Shown here one piece after another: positions 54,865 through 64,000 of a stretch of DNA of 64,000 bases. The DNA lies in NCBI RefSeq assembly GCF_000150275.1, contig NW_002060944.1, positions 9,512,556-9,576,555 on the forward strand, written 5' to 3'. Within the stretch, counting starts at the first letter, position 1, and each line of letters opens with the position of its first letter. Under the pieces are notes generated by a model. That model worked only from the letters and a program-made list of their open reading frames with translations. It did no database searches and was not told the DNA's origin. The DNA is from Trichoplax adhaerens (Eukaryota; Animalia; Placozoa). A program made the translations under genes and the position numbers.

Positions 54865-55985
54865 GTAGAAACTAGAGGAAAACTTGCATGGTCCTTAAGC
54901 AATACCTTAACTAATTTCACGTAGTAATCAACTACTTTTATCGAGTCATCCAATCAATGCTAATTTTATAAAGCAGATTTACAACCAAGGAAGAGATGTA
55001 AATAAATACTGTATTGGCTTGCCTAGGTAGAAACTAGAACAAAACTTGTGTGGTCCTTAACCAGTACCTTAACTAATTTTACAAAGTAAATAAATGACTT
55101 TTATCAAGCCATCCAATCAATGCTAATTTTATAAAGCAGATTTACAACCAAGGAAGAGATGTAAATAAATACTGTATTGGCTTGCCTAGGTAGAAACTAG
55201 AACAAAACTTGTGTGGTCCTTAACCTAGTACCTTAACTAATTTTACAAAGTAAATAAATTACTTTTATCAAGCCATCCAATCAATGCTAATTTTATAAAG
55301 CAGATTTACAACCAAGGAAGAGATGTAAATAAATACTGTATTGGCTTGCCTAGGTAGAAACTAGAACAAAACTTGTGTGGTCCTTAACCTATACCTTAAC
55401 TAATTTTACAAAGTAATAAATTACTTTTATCGAGTCATCCAATCATTGCTAATGTTATTAAGCAAATTTGCGACCAAGGAAGAGATGTAAATAAATACTG
55501 TATTGGCTTGCCTAGGTAGAAACTAGAAGAAAAACTTGTGAGGTCCTTAACCAATACCTTAACTAATTTTACAAAGTAATAAATTACTTTTATCAAGCCA
55601 TCCAATCAATGCTAATTTTATAAAGCAGATTTACAACCAAGGAAGAGATGTAAATAAATACTGTATTGGCTTGCCTAGGTAGAAACTAGAACAAAACTTG
55701 TGTGGTCCTTAACCTATACCTTAACTAATTTTACAAAGTAATAAATTACTTTTATCAAGTCATCCAATCATTGCTAATGTTATTAAGCAAATTTGCGACC
55801 AAGGAAGAGATGTAAATAAATACTGTATTGGCTTGCCTAGGAAGAAACTAGAAGAAAAACTTGTGAGGTCCTTAACCAATACCTTAACTAATTTTACAAA
55901 GTAATAAATTACTTTTATCAAGTCATCCAATCATAGCTAATTTTATTAAGCAAATTTGCGACCAAGGAAGAAATGCAAATATACT
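54865..55985. repeat. Tandem array, ~162-bp unit, ~7 copies
   Basis: ACTAGAACAAAACTTGTGTGGTCCTTAACC...ACCAAGGAAGAGATGTAAATAAATACTGTATTGGCTTGCCTAGGTAGAA recurs at ~54871, 55033, 55196, 55360, 55522, 55686 and 55847. Confidence 0.96.
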
Positions 55986-57439
55986 CAGTGTGACTAGATA
56001 CAAGAGATCTAGTGATCCAAGGTATGACCATGGGCTACGAGAAGAAAACCTTCTAGTAGTCCATGCTAAGGCTCAATCATGTAGATTTGCTGGCAGAGAA
56101 GATTGCTGAGATGGTAAGGCAGTTTTAACTTTCTTCATCGTTTCGTTAAGTAGAGTACAAACCGGATATCATATGAGAAATGTACAAATGAATGGCCAAG
56201 AATAGAAGTAACACTCACCAATCTGTAACGACTCAGCAGATGAACTTCATTCAGCAATACTGTAAACTAAACACAAACATGCGATAGTAGATGTTATGTC
56301 TATGTTGTAGTCTTTATTGCTGATACAACACTAACATTAGCATTGATTATAATTATCAAGACCTAGATATGTTTTTTTACATAGTGTAATTGTCTTAAAT
56401 TAGCAATTTGTACTTGAAATGACTGCATAAGATAGACAGCATGCAAGGGTATACAGTACAAAATAAAACTAAGGAGGGAGAGGGCTCAGAAGATTGTAGA
56501 GCCTTTCCGCCTTGACCTTTGATTGAATCATGTTACTCAGTGGTATCATATCGGCTTTGGTTTAGCTTTGAGTTCAGGTATTTGTTGGTAACTTCTAATA
56601 TTAACTACATCAATCGGATAAATTGATGGATCTACAAGTGCAGTCATTATTAATTGCTGTATCGCAACATTGGGCGCCATAGTACAGTAATTGGTAGTCC
56701 GGCGTTGTGCCGAATGCAGTCAAATAAGATTACTTTTAGTCATTATAATTGCTAGGCCAGATTTATACGTTTATGTGATTTCTGCTAGCTAGTATATGTA
56801 AGGGTGTCGGTAAATTAGCGAATGGAGCAGTCTATAGTACTTAGAAGTCATGCTGGCTCTCGATTCGCTTAGATTCTCTGAGGTTGATCGATTTATTATT
56901 GACAATAAATAGTTCAGCATTATTAGTCCAGCGCAATAAATCAACTACGATTCTATTTTAGTATTGCTAGGTGCATGCACTGAGCTATCGGGATCGTATA
57001 CACAAATTTCGGAAAGTGTTGGAAATGGTACGTTCGGAGTGATTATGGAATGGATTCCTAGCTTCGGGAGCTACTTTCCATGCAGTAAACTATAAACTTG
57101 ACTGCGATAAATATATATATTTAATTGACCAAAAATCATTATGAAATGTAGGCTAAATATATAGAATTTGTTATATTTATAGATTACGAAGTACAAATAA
57201 ATCTGCACAGAGGAAAGAATGCTACAATTTAATATGTAAATTCTTGGTATAATGGTAATACAGTCATTAAATGCAAATTGGAGGCTTGTAATTTAGCACT
57301 CTAATATGATTTCTATTAGTTGCATTTGACATACCACAACATTTACGAAAGATTATGTCTTAAATCATGAATAACAATTCAATTTAATCCATCGTCAAGC
57401 AGTCACTGTAAAGATAGGAAATTCAGAGCGATCCAATTC

Positions 57440-60028
57440 CTAGTCTTCTTCGGAGAACAGTTCCATTTTAGCCGAAGGCAAACCTCGAGATGATTTCACG
57501 CTATTGCTCCTCTTTTCCTTTCTTGAAGGTTTTACAGTACTATTTTCTCTCTTTGTTGCGTTCATTTTATAACCGAACTGTTGACGAAGATTATAACGTG
57601 TAGGTGAACGAGTCATCCTCTCTGGTGTTGCCTACAATTACAGTTTAGAAAAATCTTTATGCGCGTAGTCTAGTAAATTATATGAGTAGTTATCATGACC
57701 AGACGTATATCACTCTTATGTATGTAAAATCGATTGGCAAGGATTGAATGCAATCAATATATGCTAAAATCTTAAATCAACAAATCGACAGACTAATTAA
57801 TGGTTTGGTTTACAAAGTCATGCGGTAATTCTCTACACCGCGGGCTAATTATATTACTAATACAAGCAAATTGAAAAATATAGGCTTACCTCGCCATTCG
57901 GTATCTTTTTAGTATCATTAACTGCAGATTTCGGTTTTAATCTTCCTGATGTTTCTGGATGTACAATCGCTCTCATCTCAAAATCACTTTCACAGTCATC
58001 AGAAATGCCACTGTCACGCAAACTGGATAAATTTTTACTTTTGGCTACAACTTGATGCTGTTGATTTCTTTTCATCTGCTTCCCTAAATGTTTGTTTAAA
58101 ATCTTAGCTGAGGAGTTTTCATTAGCGGAATCCACATCTGGTAATGTATCTTCTTTCTCAGGGAAGAGTAACTTTTTATTTAGCAAAGCTTTGATTTCCA
58201 CATTTTGCTTCGTAATTGCATTAGGGGAATCGATGTCTGATAATAATCTACCATCTTCCTTAGCTAAGGGTGATTTATTGTTTAAGAGAGCTTTGATTTC
58301 CATATTTTGTTTCGTAATTTTTTCCAGTAAAGCATTATTAATTTTCTTATAATCGCGATACTTAATATAGGAAATTACAAGAATCATAGTACAGATCCCA
58401 ATGAAAATTCTCCTACCGATCCATGTTGTGCTATAAATTGTATCCTATAAGCGTGAAATGCAATAAAATTGTAGCTAGAATAATACTAAATGCAAAATTA
58501 CTCAGCTATAGATTTTCTATATATTCCTTTCTAACCTTGATTTTGTTATCGACAGGTCGATAACTGTGTAAAATCGCTGTCAATACTCGTTCAAATATTA
58601 CATTGATCGTTAAAACTAGATATAACCAAATTCTTGCATTCGCAGTGGACGGTGTCGTAGTTAGCAAATACGCTAATGAAACACCAATCACATAATAAAT
58701 GCTGGTATAAATTGTAGAAAATTCTCCCAGAAGTAGCATTTGGAGCGAAGTCAAATATCGTAAATTATTCCCTAAACTACTAAATGCTGCTCGAATTGTT
58801 TGATAATTCTCTTGAGCCTTACTGTTAGTCTTCGCCAAAATATCAGTCATATCTTCAGTAGAATTTTTGATAGATTCTTTCAAAAGTCTTTCATTTTGAA
58901 TTATTAACTTTTGATTCTCTAAGGAATTATGTTGCTTTTGTAGCAGCTACAAGGATATAAAAACAGGTAGAGCATGTATATTATGATTTAGGGTACGGAA
59001 AAATATTGCAAATATGCTGTTCAAAGCTAGTATCCAAAGTACTTTATTGATTATAAGACATGTAAAATCAAGCTATAGTCTTTTGTAGTAGTATCATAAA
59101 GAGCTAATGTATCAGCAGCAACGATGATTTTATACTCGTATATGTAAAACTGCTCCAGCTGTTATAAATCGGGTCCAGTTTGCAGAAGCATGCACGTATT
59201 TTAACCCAAGTTTACAACAGCAAATTTTAGTAATTCTTTCAATCTTGTATCTTTGCTCAAACAAGTTCTTAAAATCTCTCTGGTCAAGTCAAACTTTCTC
59301 TTAAATACCGTAATATCCAAATTACCTAATCTAGCGTTCTTGCATGGCTAATGAAAGTATTTCAGCTACAACCGTACCGTCTAGTACTATTATACTGTAG
59401 AGATCGGTCGATAATCGATGAAATATAATCAAGAAAACGATCTTATATGATATAATTATATTATAATTATATAATTATTACTAACCTGTTCATGGTATTG
59501 CAACGACTTCTTTAGTTTCTTAGCTGTTTCGAGGGAAGAGATCGATAGCTGATTAATAATGAACTCAGTATTTTCTTGCCATTGCTGATTTCTGATGAAA
59601 AAACAGATGCTTATAGAATTTGTGAAGAATTCAGTGTAGATGATAAAATCTGCTTTATCCATAGTTTGGGTGCATTCTTCAATAGACTGATTATTAGAGC
59701 ACGGGAATATCGGATGTCCAGATTGTGCTAGATGACAGTTAGTGAGAGAAATAGCTAGCCTGGATTGATCGATTGAAGAGAGGTGCTTGCAGCCACGCTG
59801 AAATTGCATCAAGGCTTCGTGCCAGCATTGTGCTGTCTCGCTCCACTTGCGTAATTGACTTAGATAGTTACGTCCATGTTTTATATTTTCACTAGACACA
59901 ATTTCGAAAGCTGGTTGTTCATATTTATTACTCGAAAAATCGGAATTACAAACAAGTGACAACCCAAGCAAAATTATGGCTCCTAAAATTTCTTTATAAC
60001 CATGACGGAGTATTTCGGTAAGTGCCAT
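57440..60028 (-). CDS. GEX1/KAR5/Brambleberry-family nuclear envelope fusion protein, 4 exons, ~566 aa
   Basis: Exons 60028-59486, 58946-58536, 58444-57890 and 57631-57440 (all phase 0, GT-AG). Domain order is signal peptide (ILGAIILLGLSLVCNS), Cys-rich domain CWHEALMQFQRGCKHLSSIDQSRLAISLTNCHLAQSGHPIFPC...EECTQTM...YTEFFTNSISICFFI..QQWQENTE..INQL, coiled coil, three TM helices, then a basic disordered tail. Confidence 0.85.
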
Positions 60029-60495
60029 TTCTGCAGTAAGATGGAAGAGAGGGATTTTAAAAAGTTCCAGCTACAAAGTCATCATGTGGTGTAATGCATG
60101 CTGCATAAAACTAAAATTAATCATGATTAGTGCTCTTAGTTCATGCTTTTCGGAAGAAGTATATGCCGTATGACTTATAAGCTAAATCCGTAGTATTTGC
60201 TATATCTACAGTAAGGTATTGCCCAAAAATTAGATTTGATGAAGTATCAGGTGTCAACTTATTTCTAACTGTAAATAATTATTTTGTAATTTTAATTTAC
60301 TAAGTTATCATAAAGGCAAGCTTTGCACGAAGATTGAAAAACATCCTTTATGACAGTGCTTTGAAGTACAGGTCATGTGCAGCTCTACCTAGGTTCTGTG
60401 CAGACATTTTTGCCTTAAGGTGCTAAAGATGATATTACTTCGCATGCTATATTTGCATTACGGTGTATCTTTTCATTTTTGTTGCGAGCTGATTT

Positions 60496-61340
60496 CTAGA
60501 TCTAGTAAAGATTTACATACAATAATTTGCTAGTCCCAGTATTTCATTAGGAACAACTTTGAATATATATTGCTTGTAATAAATTCTAAACGCTGTCTAG
60601 TCTCTACTATCATAAGAGACTCATATTAATGATTAAAACAAATAAAGGATCTATACTTGTATCGATAAAGCCTAATAATATCATAGGTATATATATAAAC
60701 CTTTACCTTATTTTTGTGTCAGATTTATCATAGAAGTACTGTACTTTGCATTAATATCTCATCAATTTGCTATAGTTCGGCCATTCAGTAAAATAACTGA
60801 AAGTTCTTTGCTTTTAGCTGAATGTCATAAAACATTGATTAGTCTCCTGAATAAACTGATAATAAGTTGTGTTATCCTTAGATCGTTTTAAGATGATATT
60901 GCAGCACACACAATATCTGTATTATATCTGTTCATTTTTATTGGATATAAATTGCTAGATCTGGTAAAGATTTACATATGGCAATTTACTGGTCTCGGCA
61001 TTTCGTTAGGAACGATTTCCAGCATAGATTGCTGGTAATAAATTCCAGATACTGTTTAGTCTCTACAACTATACCTCACATTAATAATAAATGATAATGG
61101 ACCTTTACTTGTATCCATTAAGCCTAATAAGATTTTAGGCATATCTAAACCTTTATCTCATTCTCTAATCAGATTTATCATAGAAGCACTTTGTATTAAT
61201 GTCATTATAATCAAATTATTATAGTTAGACCATTCAGGAAAATATATGAGAGATCTTCATCCTAAATTAAACTTTAGATAACTTTGATTAGTCTTCTGAG
61301 TAAACTGGTAATAAGTTAAGCTACCTTAAGATCGATTTAA
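60496..61340. repeat. Diverged tandem duplication, ~459-bp unit, ~2 copies
   Basis: CTAGATCTAGTAAAGATTTACATAC...GTCTCTAC...AAGCCTAATAA...CAGATTTATCATAGAAG...TTGATTAGTCT at ~60497 and again at ~60955. Confidence 0.85.
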
Positions 61341-61610
61341 ACTGTTACACTTAACCAATTTTAGCAAAATTTCTCTGAGGTAGAGTATATACGAATGAGA
61401 ATGCAGTCATCTATATTATCGCCATTTTATACTAGGACAGAACCCAAGCCACAAGCATTGTTCATACTGAATACTTACTGAATAGTCAAGACTATAGTGA
61501 ATGATGGAAAGAGACTATTATACAATGAGGGTACTGTTTTATGCATAACTACAACAAGTAGTGTAATTTGTGTATTTCGTATGGCGACGACTAGTCATAA
61601 AGTAGCCGTT

Positions 61611-61624
61611 ATTGCCATGGCAAC
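61611..61624. promoter_or_regulatory. RFX X-box upstream of IQCK
   Basis: ATTGCCATGGCAAC, one mismatch from the perfect palindrome GTTGCCATGGCAAC, 180 bp upstream of the IQCK ATG. A weaker second copy (TTTCGTATGGCGAC) lies near 61575. Confidence 0.7.
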
Positions 61625-61803
61625 AAGTCAACTGATGACTCGAAGCAGGAGATGTTAGAGAGAACGATGATAAACTACAGTATATCGAATACACAAACAA
61701 AATTAGTCGCAGCTATTAATTGTACGTGGATAGCAGTAAAAAAAGGATTTCATAAAGCATTATTTCGATATTACTTCGTTATACAGCTTGAAATATAGAC
61801 TCC

Positions 61804-63685
61804 ATGGAGACCGGCTATCATAAAGCTTTCACTATTCAAACTAAATATAATATTTGGGAGGAAATCTTAAAAGAAAATGACATAATGCAGCAGAAATATA
61901 CGTCTCAACAGCAAGTAATCAATAAAGAGCCAATCGAGGTCATCCCTTTCGATCCAGCTAAAGTCACACCAGTCATGCATGGTCAAAGTTGTGAACCTAT
62001 TTATGAAGCCAATCAAGCAGATGAACTATTTGGTAGGTTTAATCCGGCCATCATTCATCCAGCTTTTGCTGGCTATAGGGAAATAATCGAGCAAGAGGAT
62101 GAAAAGGTTTCTCAGCTGTCTGTTGAACTACCAGATTCCAAAACGTGTAAGCTATAAAATAGGACTATCTCTATATCAACTAAATGAACTACCGTACTCC
62201 TAAGTCAATTTATTAATATGTACGTACTGCTATATATTTAGTCTTGTATGGATTAATATTTATTATTTCTGATTGTAGTAGCATCTTTTAAACTGAAATT
62301 TACGTAATATAAATAATTAGAATAGCTTAAATACTATTATTATATAAAAAGTATAGACTCTCAGCATATACGATTGCTTTAATCATGATAATACATAGGT
62401 CCTCCCAAGATATATCTTGAGACGTATATATTTCCAGTTTTAATGCCTGCACTGAGGAATTTGATATTACAGGCAAAGAAAGACCGTGCACTAGAGGTAT
62501 CTTGCCAGTAATTAGAAATTTCTATTCTCTTAAATTATTTTCATTGCAATTGAACATAATCCATTTTACGAAAAGCTTCTACGGCAAATTTTATTAAATA
62601 ATTTACTTATCTATTGTACTATACTACGTCTGAATTAGGAGAGCAAACTTCAACATTTTTATATTTTACTTTTTAGAGAAGGCGAACTAAACTTAATGCC
62701 TTGGAATGGCTGACGGAGTATATTTATAAGTAAGATTGAGTCAGTTTCAACTCGTTTCAATTAATTGATGATGCAGCTCTTGCAATTAAATATGTACGGT
62801 TACTTTATTTGACGTATATAGCGGAATAAAGAGTGCTAATAGAACATTTTTAAGCAGTAGTAGCCATTTTGATTAGTTGACGATGATGTAGCTATTGGAA
62901 TTTAGTTCAGATATTTGCGTTACTTGATGTATGTCCAGCGTAGTTAAGAGTGCCAATAGGATATTTTTAGACATGCTAGTAACTATTTCACATACTAATT
63001 CACCAGAAATAATCCTAATTACAAAGAAGAAAGAGAAAATATAGCTTTAGATGATATTCCATTCGTGAAGGAGGTGTTAGAAAAACAGTAAGTGTCTAAC
63101 TACAATTATCATCATGCTTATTAAAAATTTTCTTGCGTAAGATTCGGGTTATGAAGGACGCTTTGCGGATGTATGAGGATATATACATATATAATTAACG
63201 CCAGTATTTTCAAATTTAAGCTACGTTATGGAAGATCATTTTACTAATTTTAATTCTCATAGCCCAAGACCACCACTTCCACTGTCTTTACTGCTGAGTG
63301 ATGATGAAGCTGCAACTATCGTCCAGTCCGCATTCAGAGGATATTTGGTATGATAATCTTTAGTAATCACTTCCACAAAGAGTTTAGGTAATTGATTTGA
63401 TATTCGATTCCAAACTCGTAAATTGCTCTTTCTTACTTACCGCAGGTTCGTCGTGATGCTGAAGTGCAAGAGCTACGACAATATCAACGTGAAATGAAAG
63501 AAGTAAGACAAACTTAACTATCGCTTATACTGGTTTTTATCAATAGATGAAAAAATTTCATAGAAAGACATTAAATATGGCTGTATTATATATCATAGAT
63601 TCCTAAGGACAAAATTATATATGAACCAGTAGACTATTGGCTTGAAAATGGTGGTAAAGATAAAAAAAATAATGCAGAATCGTAA
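61804..63685 (+). CDS. IQCK: IQ domain-containing protein K (Dpy-30/RIIa-like docking region + IQ motif), 7 exons
   Basis: Exons 61804-62146, 62399-62496, 62677-62729, 63007-63087, 63263-63347, 63446-63503 and 63599-63685. Translation: CPPKIYLETYIFPVLMPALRNLILQAKKDRALERRRTKLNALEWLTEYIYKNNP...[59 protein letters not shown]. Confidence 0.9.
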
Positions 63686-64000
63686 CTAATATTATCACTA
63701 TAGAAGATATAATGAATTTTCTTTACGATACGACAACACTTGATCAAAAAGCATCGTTCAACCGCACGTATTTGTGTAAATAGATTGTTATATACGAATA
63801 TATAGCAATGCTTTACTGTAAAATTATCAACATTTGTATTTGGCTTTATTGCAAGAAATTTTTACTTATTATATTCTATATATATAAAAAATATTGTAAC
63901 ACCATAACATCAATATTTCTCAAGATCATTAGGCCATGATATTAATTTTCATTAAACTCTACGGAAATGTGCATGATATGTTCGTCTTAAATTCAAATTT

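Noticed and set aside
24911-55985. Tandem arrays as CRISPR arrays
   Set aside because: Units are 100-311 bp and repeat over their whole length without unique spacers; there are no cas genes and the context is eukaryotic.

Overview
AT-rich, intron-dense eukaryotic DNA from an early-branching animal. Short GT-AG introns, compact genes, an intronless divergent GPCR and the gene set suggest a placozoan such as Trichoplax or Hoilungia (inference). Genes reconstructed by hand from exons, in order: 3' part of FoxK (+), CHTF18 (+), a tiny PIG-Y gene missed by the ORF track (-), EME1/2 (+, one frameshift in an A-run), SPSB3-like SPRY-SOCS gene (+), intronless class A GPCR (-), PICK1 (+), intronless TDP2-like EEP nuclease (-), GEX1/KAR5/Brambleberry-family nuclear fusion gene (-), and IQCK (+). 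Non-coding features include five tandem arrays or duplications (about 311, 120, 100, 162 and 459 bp units), a fold-back MITE-like element, a dispersed repeat, several decayed coding relics, and E2F and RFX X-box promoter motifs. Clustered TA(CWG)TA / TA(CSG)TA motifs resemble iterated Tc1/mariner excision footprints. Best leads are the GEX1-like karyogamy gene, the atypical possibly horizontally acquired EEP nuclease, the footprint-like motif fields, and EME-SPSB3/CHTF18/IQCK linkage shared with human 16p. Exon coordinates were read manually and may be off by a few bases.
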